Positions 1-9,789 of a DNA stretch of 64,000 bases are shown here, in pieces. The first letter of the stretch is position 1. Every line of letters starts with the position of its first letter. The DNA is from Candidatus Omnitrophota bacterium (GTDB lineage Bacteria; Omnitrophota; Gorgyraeia; Gygaellales; Profunditerraquicolaceae): the NCBI GenBank assembly GCA_018825985.1, contig JAHKAP010000047.1, forward strand, positions 2,719 through 66,718. The letters are read 5' to 3'. The position numbers and the translations under genes were made by a program. Below the pieces are notes generated by a model. That model had not been told where the DNA came from, ran no database searches, and was given only the letters and a program-made list of their open reading frames with translations.

Positions 1-544
1 CTCAAACGGGTATATTAATGAAGAGCCTTTAAAACAACTATGCCTTTATCTTGACGCTGCCAATATTGACTTAAAGGGGTTTAGCGAGGAGTTCTACGCT
101 AAAGTGTGCTCTGGGAGCCTCGAGCCGGTTTTAAAAAGTTTGAAAATTCTAAAGAGCTCCGGCGTACACTTGGAGATTACTAATCTGTTGATCCCGGGCG
201 CAAACGACAGCCCGGAATTAATCAAGAGAATGTGTTTGTGGATAAAAGATAATTTAGGGGCGGATACGCCGCTGCATTTCTCCCGTTTTTATCCTTTGTA
301 TAAACTAAGCAGTCTTAGCCCTACTCCTTTGCAAGCCCTGGAAAGGGCAAGACAGATAGCAATAGATGCAGGGTTGAAATACGTATATATAGGAAATCTG
401 CCTGGACATCAGGCTGAGAATACCTATTGCCCGAAATGTAATAAGCTGGTTATCGGCCGCAGGGGGTATATCATAACTGAGAATAACCTGGAAAAAGGAA
501 GGTGTAAGTTCTGTGGAGAAAATATCCAAGGTATATGGCAATAA
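1..544 (+). CDS. Radical SAM enzyme of the AmmeMemoRadiSam system (AmrS-like), C-terminal portion only; the 5' end lies outside the window
   Basis: The ORF 104-544 frame is open back to position 2. The C-terminal sequence (NIDLKGFSEEFY...CPKCNKLV...CKFCGE) resembles AmrS-type radical SAM proteins. A Memo-AMMECR1 gene follows immediately. Confidence 0.55.
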   Translation, partial: SNGYINEEPLKQLCLYLDAANIDLKGFSEEFYAKVCSGSLEPVLKSLKILKSSGVHLEITNLLIPGANDSPELIKRMCLWIKDNLGADTPLHFSRFYPLYKLSSLSPTPLQALERARQIAIDAGLKYVYIGNLPGHQAENTYCPKCNKLVIGRRGYIITENNLEKGRCKFCGENIQGIWQ

Positions 545-2099
545 TGCGAATTTTCATTGTGTACCACAGGGATTAATCCGGTTTTTTATTATTTTGGTTC
601 TATGCTTTGCGCTATGCCCTCTTAGATTATGGGCTGACGAGATTAAACAGCCGACTGCCGCCGGAAAATTTTACCCTGATAATCCTGAAGTTTTGTCCCG
701 GCAGGTAGATAAGTATCTTGCTGATGCCGATCCTGAAGGTATCGATGGTGAGATATTTGCTTTGGTTGTTCCTCATGCCGGCTATGATTTTTCCGGGCCT
801 GTCGCGGCGTATGCCTATAAGCTGATCCGGGGGAAGCCGTATAAAACAGTTATCATTATCGCAGGAAGCCATTACTATGGATTCAAAGGAGTTTCAATAT
901 ATCCAACCGGTTTTTTTAGGACACCCTTAGGGGATATTGAAATCGACAGGGATTTTATTTCTAAATTGCTGAACCTGGATCCGGAAATTTATTTTGATCC
1001 TCAGGCCTTTAGCCAAGAACATTCGCTGGAGGTCCAGATTCCTTTTTTACAAAGAAGCCTTACAGGCTGGAAGATCGTTCCAATTATTATGGGCGAGTGT
1101 ACTCTGCTTTCCTGTAAAAAGCTGGCCGGTTTGATCAAAGAGGCGATCGGCGCGCGGCGCGATGTTTTAGTGGTAGCTTCTACTGATATGTACCATGGAC
1201 ATGATTATCAGGAATGTCCGATAATGGACGGATTGACCAATTCTTTTTTGAATAATATGGATGACGAGGGGCTCTATTATGGCCTGCGGGAAGGTAAATT
1301 GCAGCTCTGCGGAGGGCTTCCGGCAGTAACAACTTTAATATTGGCCAAAAGCCTGGGGCATAAAGTTTCAAAACTTTTAAAATATACCAATTCCGCTGAA
1401 GTAACCGGAAATAAGATTAAAGGCATCTGGACAGTAGGCTATTCTAGTTGGGTAATCGATGCTCCGGCAGGGCAACGCATCGACCCTGAGCAAAGTCGGA
1501 TGGTCGGCCAAATCCACAATAAGGAGGATGCAGAGATGTTCAGTTTAAAACAAAAGAAAAAATTGCTGGAGCTCGCCCGCTCCTCAGTAGAGACTTATTT
1601 AAAAACCGGCAGGCGGCTGGAGGTTTATGAGACTGATCCGGAGTTGCTTAAACCAATGGGGGCGTTTGTGACCTTAAGCCAGAAAGGGGAATTGCGCGGT
1701 TGTATCGGTAACCTTATTGGAAGTCAGCCAATATATCTTACGATCAGGGATATGGCTGTGGAAGCTGCGGTGAGCGACCCGCGTTTTTTGCCGGTCAAGT
1801 TAGTTGATTTGGCAAAGATAGAAATCGAGATATCAGCGCTTTCTGCTATGGAAAGAGTAGATACCGCGGATAAGATAATTTTAGGGAAACACGGGGTATT
1901 GATAAAGCAGGGTTACAGGAGCGGCGTATTTCTACCTCAGGTAGCAACTGAAACCGGTTGGTCAAAGGAGGAATTTCTCTCTAATTTATGCTCCCATAAA
2001 GCGGGATTACCTGATGACGCCTGGAAGAAGAAGGGGGTAGAATTGTATATATTTACAGCCGAGGTATTTTCCGAAAAAGAATTACGAACTGCTGAGTAA
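513..2099 (+). CDS. Fusion protein: N-terminal Memo/AmrB-like domain plus C-terminal AMMECR1/AmrA domain. A hydrophobic signal-peptide-like N-terminus is predicted; the start codon is uncertain.
   Basis: Memo motifs are present (AGKFYP, VVPHAGYDFSG, MYHGHDY). The AMMECR1 core is present (GAFVTLSQKGELRGCIGN). It overlaps the upstream radical SAM gene by 32 nt. Confidence 0.8.
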   Translation: MEKISKVYGNNANFHCVPQGLIRFFIILVLCFALCPLRLWADEIKQPTAAGKFYPDNPEVLSRQVDKYLADADPEGIDGEIFALVVPHAGYDFSGPVAAYAYKLIRGKPYKTVIIIAGSHYYGFKGVSIYPTGFFRTPLGDIEIDRDFISKLLNLDPEIYFDPQAFSQEHSLEVQIPFLQRSLTGWKIVPIIMGECTLLSCKKLAGLIKEAIGARRDVLVVASTDMYHGHDYQECPIMDGLTNSFLNNMDDEGLYYGLREGKLQLCGGLPAVTTLILAKSLGHKVSKLLKYTNSAEVTGNKIKGIWTVGYSSWVIDAPAGQRIDPEQSRMVGQIHNKEDAEMFSLKQKKKLLELARSSVETYLKTGRRLEVYETDPELLKPMGAFVTLSQKGELRGCIGNLIGSQPIYLTIRDMAVEAAVSDPRFLPVKLVDLAKIEIEISALSAMERVDTADKIILGKHGVLIKQGYRSGVFLPQVATETGWSKEEFLSNLCSHKAGLPDDAWKKKGVELYIFTAEVFSEKELRTAE

Positions 2100-2208
2100 A
2101 TAATTACGCGGATATACACGGATCAAATAACGGATATACGCGGATAGTCCGTGAAAATCCGTAAGTAAATCCGCGATAATCTGTGTGAACTATTAATTAA
2201 TAAATTAT

Positions 2209-2874
2209 ATGAATAATCAGTTGGTTTTAAACATGTTTTTAACCGGTTTATTGTTTGGGGCAGGCCCCTGCATGGCCAGCTGTGGCCCTATTCTGATTAC
2301 TTATATTTCCGGAACCAAAAAAAATATCGCTAAGGCGATGATAAGTTATGTATTATTTTCTTTAGCCAGGATATTGGTTTATCTGGGGTTGAGTCTGGCT
2401 ATATATTTTATTGGAGCTTTAAGCGTTGAAAAATTAAGCGGTAATTATTCCTGGCTGGTATATAAAGCAGGAGGCAGCTTCATCGTTATGATCGGCTTGT
2501 TTATGGTTTTGGGCAAGAGAATTGTATATCTGCCATTTTTAAAAGGCCTTGAGCGCAGGCTCCTGGAAAATGATAAAAAAAGTGTTTTTATATTAGGTCT
2601 GATAATCGGATTGTTGCCGTGCGCTCCGTTATTAGCGGTGTTTTCTTATATAGCGCTGATAGCTTCGTCAAGCCATGAGAGTTTAGCTTATAGCTTTTTT
2701 TTTGGAATAGGCACATCCTTATCTCCTTTAATTTTATTAGTGGCAGCCAGCGGGGCATTATCCGGTTTTATCCGTAAAAAAGGAGAAATTTATCGACGAG
2801 GATTTAGTCTTGTCTGCGGATTGATAATTATTTTTTTAGGGATAAAATTAATATTAAGAGGAATTAATGTTTAG
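2209..2874 (+). CDS. Polytopic membrane protein with a paired-Cys motif (GAGPCMASCGP), CcdA/DsbD_2-like
   Basis: Six or more hydrophobic segments and a Cys-x3-Cys motif in the first TM segment. Ends with TAG. Confidence 0.35.
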   Translation: MNNQLVLNMFLTGLLFGAGPCMASCGPILITYISGTKKNIAKAMISYVLFSLARILVYLGLSLAIYFIGALSVEKLSGNYSWLVYKAGGSFIVMIGLFMVLGKRIVYLPFLKGLERRLLENDKKSVFILGLIIGLLPCAPLLAVFSYIALIASSSHESLAYSFFFGIGTSLSPLILLVAASGALSGFIRKKGEIYRRGFSLVCGLIIIFLGIKLILRGINV

Positions 2875-3601
2875 GATATATTGTTTGAGCGGAGATATCT
2901 CAGGGGATGAAATTACGTTTACTGATACGCAACAGATCCATCATTTAAGAGATGTTTTAAGGATTAAAAGCGATGAGGAGATCATTGTCTGTGACGAGAA
3001 AGGGGATGAATATATTACAGCGATCGATAGTTTTAAGTCCGCCAAGATGGTTTTAAGGATTAAAAAGAGGAGTGGGTTTGTTACGGATAATAAACCCAAG
3101 ATCACCGTCGCCTGCGCCATCCCTAAGAGATCCAATATGGATGAAATCATTGATAAATTAACTCAGCTTGGTGTATACCGTATAATTCCTTTGCAAACTG
3201 AAAGAGTTATCGTTAGAATCGGGCAGGATAAAAAGATATCCCGCCAGAAACGTTGGAGTAAGATTGCCTTAAATGCCAGCCAGCAAAGCCAGAGAAAGAT
3301 CCTGCCGGTAGTTGATCCGGTCAGGGATATAAAGGAGTTATTAGCTGAATTAGATGAATTTGACCTTAGGCTTATACCTACTCTTGAAGGGGAACGAATA
3401 ACTATTAAGGAAATTTTAAAAAAAGGAAAACCGGAAAGCATTATTGTTTTTATTGGGCCGGAAGGTGATTTTACCCCGGAGGAAGTGGAAATGGCAAAAA
3501 AAGCGCTCTGTATTCCGGTAACTCTGGGGGATTTGGTTTTGAGGGTAGAAACTGCGGCTATCGCGGTTGCCGGATTCTTGAGGTTTTATGAAGAGGCCTA
3601 A
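2867..3601 (+). CDS. rsmE: 16S rRNA (uracil1498-N3)-methyltransferase RsmE
   Basis: Matches the RsmE family along its length (PUA-like N-terminus, C-terminal FIGPEGDFTPEE SPOUT motif). It precedes mtaB as in Bacillus yqeU-yqeV. Confidence 0.8.
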   Translation: MFRIYCLSGDISGDEITFTDTQQIHHLRDVLRIKSDEEIIVCDEKGDEYITAIDSFKSAKMVLRIKKRSGFVTDNKPKITVACAIPKRSNMDEIIDKLTQLGVYRIIPLQTERVIVRIGQDKKISRQKRWSKIALNASQQSQRKILPVVDPVRDIKELLAELDEFDLRLIPTLEGERITIKEILKKGKPESIIVFIGPEGDFTPEEVEMAKKALCIPVTLGDLVLRVETAAIAVAGFLRFYEEA

Positions 3602-4907
3602 TCCTTCGACTGTGCTTAGAGGTAAAGGTGAGCGTAGCCGAAACTTTAAGCTTATTACCTTAGGATGCAAGGTAAATCAATATGAAACTCAGGTAATCCG
3701 CGAAAATCTTATTAAGGCCGGATTCAGGGAATTCAAAGATAAGCCTCCCGCCGATATCTACGTTATTAATACCTGCACAGTTACTCATAAGGCTGATAAG
3801 GAATCGCTTTATTATATTAATCGTTCATACCGTGAAAACCCCAAAGCTAAAATTATAGTTACCGGATGCCTGGCTGAACTGGATAAAAAAGTTATCTCTG
3901 GCCTGAAAGGCAATAGCCAAATTGTTAAAAATAAAGATAAATATAGGATAGCCGGTTTGCTAAAAGGCAAAGGTTTTAATAATGAATCGGGCATAACCGG
4001 TTTTTATAAACATACCCGGGCCTTCCTGAAGATCCAGGATGGCTGTGATAATTTTTGCTCTTATTGCAAGGTGCCGCTGGTCAGGGGGCCTTCCCGCAGC
4101 CGGCCATTAAATGAGATTGTAAATGAAGCAAAGGCATTGGCTAAAAATGGGTTTAAAGAAATTGTTTTAACCGGGATATGCTTAGGGTCGTATGGTAAAG
4201 ACCTAAGTATGGGTAAAGGTAGGGGCATAGATTTGGTTAGGGTAATTGAAGAGCTGGAAAAAATAAGGCGCTTAATGCGGATTCGTTTAAGTTCTATTGA
4301 GGCCGGCGACGTAACGGACGAACTAATCGCCGGGATGGCAAAATCTAAGAAACTATGCCGGCATTTGCATATACCTATTCAAAGTGGAGATGATAATATC
4401 CTAAAGGCTATGAACCGTAAATATTCCCATCAGGATTACCTGGGCCTGATCAGAAAGATTAAAAAGACTATTCCCGATATTGCTGTTACTACCGATTGCC
4501 TGGTAGGTTTTCCCGGTGAAAAAGAAGACAATTTCCGGAATACCGCTGATTTGGTAAGAAAAATAATGCCGCTTAAAGTGCATATATTTCCATACAGTGA
4601 AAGAAAAGGAACCTTAGCTTATGATTTTAAAGATAAGACCCCATCCGCTGCTCTAAGGGATAGGATGATTTATCTTGAAACAATAGCCAATAAATGTGCC
4701 TTAGAATTCCAAAGAAAATTCATAAATAAGAAAATGGATGTCTTGATTGAAGGGATTATTAAGGACAATCCGGGGTTTTGGCAGGGATATACCGGTAATT
4801 ATCTTAAAGTCATGGTTAAATCTCCCAAGGATATCAAAAACCGTGTTTTATCAGTTAGATTAAAAGAGATTAGCCGGGGTTATTTTGTGGCTAAGATTAT
4901 GGATTAG
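3588..4907 (+). CDS. mtaB: Radical SAM methylthiotransferase, MtaB-like (MiaB/RimO family)
   Basis: N-terminal MTTase domain (TLGCKVNQYET, INTCTVT), a radical SAM CxxxCxxC motif (CDNFCSYC), and a C-terminal TRAM-like region. Confidence 0.7.
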   Translation: MKRPNPSTVLRGKGERSRNFKLITLGCKVNQYETQVIRENLIKAGFREFKDKPPADIYVINTCTVTHKADKESLYYINRSYRENPKAKIIVTGCLAELDKKVISGLKGNSQIVKNKDKYRIAGLLKGKGFNNESGITGFYKHTRAFLKIQDGCDNFCSYCKVPLVRGPSRSRPLNEIVNEAKALAKNGFKEIVLTGICLGSYGKDLSMGKGRGIDLVRVIEELEKIRRLMRIRLSSIEAGDVTDELIAGMAKSKKLCRHLHIPIQSGDDNILKAMNRKYSHQDYLGLIRKIKKTIPDIAVTTDCLVGFPGEKEDNFRNTADLVRKIMPLKVHIFPYSERKGTLAYDFKDKTPSAALRDRMIYLETIANKCALEFQRKFINKKMDVLIEGIIKDNPGFWQGYTGNYLKVMVKSPKDIKNRVLSVRLKEISRGYFVAKIMD

Positions 4908-4922
4908 TATGGAAAGAAAAAA

Positions 4923-4944
4923 ACGGGGTCAGAATTATTTTTAG
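4923..4944. repeat. Half-REP (GGGGTCAGAATTATTTTT) at the 5' flank of RAYT. It is followed by a CCTCCC...GGGAGG hairpin that contains the RBS.
   Basis: Same core as the eight or more paired REP copies elsewhere in the window. Confidence 0.7.
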
Positions 4945-4993
4945 TTAGATTTTACCTCCCGACACGTCTATTAATATTAGAAGGGAGGATCTT

Positions 4994-5683
4994 ATGGCCA
5001 GAAGACCGCGTTTATTTGTATCCGATGTACCCTATCACGTTGTTCAGCGAGGCAATAATAAAATTCCTATTTTTTTAGCCGATCAAGATTACCGCATCTT
5101 TTTGGATACGCTCCAAGAAGCCAAAACCAAACACCCTTGTTTTATTTACAGCTATTGCCTGATGCCTAACCATTTCCATTTACTTATTGAACCTAAAGAA
5201 GATAATAATGTCAGTTTATTAATAAAGTTATTGGGAGCCAAATATGTGCGGTATATCAATAAAAACTATGAACGTTCAGGCACTCTTTGGGAAGGTCGTT
5301 TTAAATGCTCATTGATTGATAAGGAATTATATTTTTTAACCTGTCTTCGTTATATTGAAATGAATCCAGTAAGGGCTGGCATAGTCAATTCTCCAGAACT
5401 ATATCGGTGGTCGAGTTATCGGGTTAGGGCAGTTGGTGAAAGAAGTTTTATTGTAGACATGGATCATTGGTATGATAATCTGGGTTCTAATGCAGAAGAA
5501 CGTCAAAATAAATATCGACAATTCTTCCAAAATTCAATATCTGATTCCGCTTTGCAACTTCTACGAGAAATGACTAATAAGAATGGTATCGTAGGCAGCG
5601 TAAACTTTAAAACGCGAGTAGAACAATTTGTCCACAGAGAGATTGTTATAAGGTCTGCTGGCAGGCCGAAGAACGAAAAATAA
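4994..5683 (+). mobile_element. REP-associated tyrosine transposase (RAYT; IS200/IS605 TnpA-like Y1 HuH transposase)
   Basis: HuH motif (PNHFHLLIE) and catalytic Tyr region (RYIEMNPVRAGIV). Inverted half-REPs flank both ends. Confidence 0.85.
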
Positions 5684-5696
5684 TTCTGACCCCATT
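5674..5696. repeat. Half-REP (AAAAATAATTCTGACCCC) at the 3' flank of RAYT. It overlaps the RAYT stop codon.
   Basis: It is the inverse complement of the left half-REP. The decamer ATTAATATTA occurs just inside both flanks. Confidence 0.7.
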
Positions 5697-5708
5697 AATA
5701 TTAATAAG

Positions 5709-5740
5709 AAAGCCCTGACAAAATTTTGTCAGGGCTTTCT
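5709..5740. terminator. Bidirectional rho-independent-type hairpin (AAAGCCCTGACAAAATTTTGTCAGGGCTTTCTTTG) between convergent RAYT and SBP genes
   Basis: Perfect 11-bp stem with T-rich tails on both strands. Confidence 0.7.
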
Positions 5741-5758
5741 TTGTTAAAAGTTCTTAAA

Positions 5759-6721
5759 TTATTCAATGATATTTTTGGCAATACTCAGCATAGACGCCGG
5801 CACTTTTATATCCGATGCTTTAGCTATAGCATTATTAATGGTAATATCATACTGTTTTAATAGCTCGATTGGAAGCTCTGCCGGACTCTTGCCGTTTAAG
5901 ATCTGGATTGCTTTTTTAGTGGATAATTGCCCTAACATATAGGAACTGGAGGATACACATAATAGGACCCCCTGTTTTGCCCTATCGGCCATGTGCGCAA
6001 CAGTCATAATTTTATTATTTTTTGCCACAGTTGTGATATCCGTAAGCGCTTTAGTAACAGTTGTGCCTCCGGTTATAAATATAGCGTCAACTTTTCCTAT
6101 CAGGGAGTTAGCTACGGCAGTTCCATCTTCTGCTTTTGCAAGATTTGCCGCTATAACAGTGATTTTGCTTGTTTCTTGGATTTTCTGGAGCGCCGCTAAT
6201 TGTTGTGTTGTATTAGCTTCTCCTTCCGTGTAGATAACGCCAAGACGGACAACCTTGGTTATTTTTCTCATGGCGTTGATGATTGCAGCCATGTCTACCA
6301 TGGTAGAGGTGCCGGTTGTATTATTTCCTGATGATCCCCAATCCTTGGCAATCTTTGAGCTGATCGGGTCAAATACGAGACTAAACACAACAGGTATATT
6401 TTTTTCTGCCTGGCTCGCAACTATGGCTGCCGGGGTCCCTACCGCGATAATAAGGTTAACTTTATTAGCCTGGAATTCATTTACAATAGCCAGCATTTTA
6501 TCTTTATTATTCTCGGCAAACTGGATGTTAAAATCTACCTTGTCTTTCCCGTATCCTGATTTTTCAAATTGATCAAGTATCCCTTTTTGAGTATCCAGGT
6601 AATGCGAGGCATTCGAAGTGAGGACTATTCCGATTTTAATTTTTTCCTGCGCCAAAGCGATAGAACAAAGGCCAAGGCATATTGCCAAAACAACAACCAC
6701 GACTATTCCTTGCTTAAGCAT
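5759..6721 (-). CDS. Solitary ABC-transporter-type periplasmic substrate-binding protein (PF04392-like), signal peptide present
   Basis: N-terminal signal peptide; the type-I periplasmic-binding-protein-like fold is repeated twice. No permease or ATPase genes are adjacent. Confidence 0.55.
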   Translation of the reverse strand: MLKQGIVVVVVLAICLGLCSIALAQEKIKIGIVLTSNASHYLDTQKGILDQFEKSGYGKDKVDFNIQFAENNKDKMLAIVNEFQANKVNLIIAVGTPAAIVASQAEKNIPVVFSLVFDPISSKIAKDWGSSGNNTTGTSTMVDMAAIINAMRKITKVVRLGVIYTEGEANTTQQLAALQKIQETSKITVIAANLAKAEDGTAVANSLIGKVDAIFITGGTTVTKALTDITTVAKNNKIMTVAHMADRAKQGVLLCVSSSSYMLGQLSTKKAIQILNGKSPAELPIELLKQYDITINNAIAKASDIKVPASMLSIAKNIIE

Positions 6722-6822
6722 GTTTCCCTCCCTTTTAATAAATTACTTTTTCTAAACCCGTATATATGATAATATAAACAATTGATAAGTCAAGTATTTT
6801 TAAAACGTTAGAATATTTTTTG

Positions 6823-6850
6823 TTGACAAGTTGCTGCGTAAAGTTATAAT
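6823..6850 (+). promoter_or_regulatory. Consensus sigma70-type promoter TTGACA-16-TATAAT for the sensor/MCP operon
   Basis: Perfect -35 and -10 hexamers. It lies 124 nt upstream of the 6974 start. Confidence 0.5.
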
Positions 6851-6973
6851 AATGACAATTGGAATAAAAATGATTAGAAAATTAAAAAAGTAAGGTTGTG
6901 TACTCTGGTAAGATAAGGCCTTTTAGTTGAATAACTATCCTGCGGCAGGCAGGATACAATAAAGGAGCGAGAA

Positions 6974-7582
6974 ATGAAAAAGTCTCGGTGGGCTGGTTTA
7001 ATGCTATGTTGCGCTTTGTTATTAACCGCGGTGTTAGATGTATGTTATGCTCAAGCCAAAAAAGAACTAACCCCGGCAGGACAGGCTTTATTTGACAAGG
7101 AAGTGGCTACAGTGCAGTCCTGGGGAAAAGACCCTAAGATAGTTTCTTATGTCAAGGCCAAGAATGCCTCCGGGGAAACCTTAGACCAGGTTAAAGAAAG
7201 AGATAAAGCATGGATCACCACCTCCGGAATAGACGCATTCATGAAAGGCATATTGGATAATGATTGCTCTAAGTATTTGCTGGAGTTAAGAAAGTCAACC
7301 CCAGCGGTTGGAGAGTTTTTTCTTATGGATATAAACGGGGCAATAGTAGGCGAGACTAATAAAACCTCCGATTATTGGCAAGGCGATGAGGATAAGCATA
7401 TTAAGACCTGCCAGGTTGGCGGCTCGGGCGCTACCTTTATTGATAAAAGCAAATATGACGAAAGCTCCCAGAAATTTTCCCGGCAGGTGAGTGTCCCGGT
7501 TATTGATCCTGATACAGGTAAGGTAATAGGCGCGATAACGGTTGGCGTTGACCTGGATAAGTTGATCCGGCTTTCTCAATAA
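6974..7582 (+). CDS. Secreted single-domain Cache/PDC-like sensor protein
   Basis: Signal peptide, then about 175 aa with a Cache-like C-terminal motif ([16 protein letters not shown]). Adjacent to a Cache-containing MCP. Confidence 0.4.
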   Translation: MKKSRWAGLMLCCALLLTAVLDVCYAQAKKELTPAGQALFDKEVATVQSWGKDPKIVSYVKAKNASGETLDQVKERDKAWITTSGIDAFMKGILDNDCSKYLLELRKSTPAVGEFFLMDINGAIVGETNKTSDYWQGDEDKHIKTCQVGGSGATFIDKSKYDESSQKFSRQVSVPVIDPDTGKVIGAITVGVDLDKLIRLSQ

Positions 7583-7598
7583 AGACGATTTAAGGAGG

Positions 7599-9653
7599 AT
7601 GGTAATGGCGGTAGAAGCAGTTAAGATCAAGATGTCTGATAGCTTGCGTTGTAGGTTAATCTTATATTTTGTACTTATTACTTTTATCCCCTTGGTTATT
7701 TTGAGCGTCATTGCTTATAATATTACAAAATCAAGGCTGCAATCTCAGATTGCCGGTTCTCTGGAAGTTGTGGCTACGGAGACATTAGACAAAGTAGACC
7801 GCTTTATCTATCAGCAGACATCAGATGTCAAGTCCTGGAGTAAAAATCCGATTTTAAAAGGAGCTCTTTTTTTTGGAACCGCGGATGTAGCGGATACATT
7901 TTTCAGAACTATCCTTGATTCATACAGGGAATTCCAGGCGTTGGCGCTATTTGAACGTAACGGAGATCAGATTATATCTAAAGGTGAATGTGTGTTATAT
8001 GAAAAAGGCCAGAATCAATCCCGGGCTAACTGGTTTAAGGCAGCTATAGCCGCAAAAGGCAGTTTTTATATTACTGAGGTAAAGAAATCCAAAGATAAAG
8101 TGCGTTTAGGGATTTCTGTCGCAGTTGTGGATTCCGAGACCGGAGAGGTCAGCGGAGTGTTGTTTGCAGAATTAAATTTTCTTACTATCAGGGAGATCAT
8201 TGCTCCGGTTCAGGTAACCGCAAATATTAAAGACCAGTCTATCAGTATCATTAATAAAGATGGGTTGATTATATTTGATCTTAATCAAGATGTCATATTT
8301 GAAAAGAATTTGATCAAGGATAATTTCCTGAGCGCCAAGCGGGTGCTCTCAGCCAAGGATAACGGGTACGTAGTTGATCTTAATAGCGGGCGGCTTACAG
8401 GGTATGCTTTCAGTAAGGGTTATAAGGAATTTAAGGGAGAGATGTGGAGCCTTTTATTAGGGGTACAGAATAAGGCTATTCTTGCCCCGGTATTACGCCT
8501 GCGCCAGGTTTTCATGTTAATTATTTTTATAACGTTGATCGTAGTTACTATTATTTCCATATTCATCAGTCACAAGATCACCAGTCCTATTATTATTGTT
8601 ACTAACGCTATTCTTGATATTGCTGAAAGAGAGGCCGATTTAACCCATAAAATTAATTATACTTCTAAAGATGAAATAGGGATGTTAGTGGTAGCGTTTA
8701 ATAAGATTATAGATTCAATTCATAATGTGATTAAGCAGGTTAAAAATACGGCAAACACGGTAGTTGATTCGTCACAGAATATGTCCGCGACCACCCAGGA
8801 GATGAATGCGTCTACTCAGGAAGTATCTGCTGCGATTTTACAAGTGAGTAAGGGCGCCAGTTCTCAGGCAGATCATTTGGCCAGAACTTTTGAAATTATA
8901 GAAAAGTTAGCGGCAAGCCTGCGCCAGGTAGTGGCCAATGCTCAATTAGCTAACCAGACCGCTGACAAGACGAGCCTTGGAACTGAAGAGGCATTTATTT
9001 TTGCTGGTGAGGCGGTGGAGAAAATCGAGATATTAAATAATTCGGTTAATGTGGCTAAAGATGTTATCCAGGAATTAGGCGAAACATCTCAACAAATAGG
9101 CGCAATTACCGAAACAATTACTTCTATCGCAGACCAGATTAATCTTTTGGCTCTGAATGCCGCTATTGAGGCTGCCAGGGCTGGCGAGGCTGGCCGGGGT
9201 TTTGCTGTTGTCGCCGAAGAGGTGCGTAAGTTAGCCGAGGGGTCTGCCGATGCAGTGCGTAAAATTAGCGGGTATATACGTTCGATCCAGAGCGGAACCG
9301 CGAAAGCAGTCAGCGCTATACTCACAAGCTCCAAGGCAGTTCAGGAGGGTAAAGCCAAGGTAGCGAAGATCTCCGAGAACCTGCGGGATATCAATACAGC
9401 TATTAAAGAAGCCGCTGTTTTAATAAACCAGATTGCTGTTGCTGGAACTGAACGCGTAGAAGAGACAGAGAAGATAGTTAGGGCGATTAATGAGGTAGCT
9501 GCCATTGCTAAGCAGTCTGCCGACACTGCCCAGCAGGTATCTTCGACCAGTGAAGAGCAGACTGCGTCGATGCAGGAAGTATCTGCTTCTTCTCAGGAGC
9601 TTTCTCGCTTGGCAATGGATTTAAGAGATGTAGTTAATAGGTTTAAGATTTAG
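7599..9653 (+). CDS. Methyl-accepting chemotaxis protein (TM1, periplasmic Cache-like domain, TM2, HAMP, MCP signalling domain)
   Basis: Highly conserved MCP signalling region ([32 protein letters not shown]). Two TM helices. Confidence 0.9.
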   Translation: MVMAVEAVKIKMSDSLRCRLILYFVLITFIPLVILSVIAYNITKSRLQSQIAGSLEVVATETLDKVDRFIYQQTSDVKSWSKNPILKGALFFGTADVADTFFRTILDSYREFQALALFERNGDQIISKGECVLYEKGQNQSRANWFKAAIAAKGSFYITEVKKSKDKVRLGISVAVVDSETGEVSGVLFAELNFLTIREIIAPVQVTANIKDQSISIINKDGLIIFDLNQDVIFEKNLIKDNFLSAKRVLSAKDNGYVVDLNSGRLTGYAFSKGYKEFKGEMWSLLLGVQNKAILAPVLRLRQVFMLIIFITLIVVTIISIFISHKITSPIIIVTNAILDIAEREADLTHKINYTSKDEIGMLVVAFNKIIDSIHNVIKQVKNTANTVVDSSQNMSATTQEMNASTQEVSAAILQVSKGASSQADHLARTFEIIEKLAASLRQVVANAQLANQTADKTSLGTEEAFIFAGEAVEKIEILNNSVNVAKDVIQELGETSQQIGAITETITSIADQINLLALNAAIEAARAGEAGRGFAVVAEEVRKLAEGSADAVRKISGYIRSIQSGTAKAVSAILTSSKAVQEGKAKVAKISENLRDINTAIKEAAVLINQIAVAGTERVEETEKIVRAINEVAAIAKQSADTAQQVSSTSEEQTASMQEVSASSQELSRLAMDLRDVVNRFKI

Positions 9654-9671
9654 GTTAATAAGTAATTTCAA

Positions 9672-9745
9672 AATAGGAAAATAGGGACAGCGACTATTTT
9701 TTTAAATATAGTATGTGAAAAAAATAGTCGCTGTCCCTATTTTCT
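9672..9745. repeat. REP-like hairpin, type B (AAATAGGGACAGCGACTATTTTT ... AAAAATAGTCGCTGTCCCTATTT)
   Basis: 23-bp inverted repeat. A second copy lies at 40152-40216. Confidence 0.7.
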
Positions 9746-9789
9746 TGATTGACACCCGCCTAAAACAGTGGTATATTAAGAAAATATTA

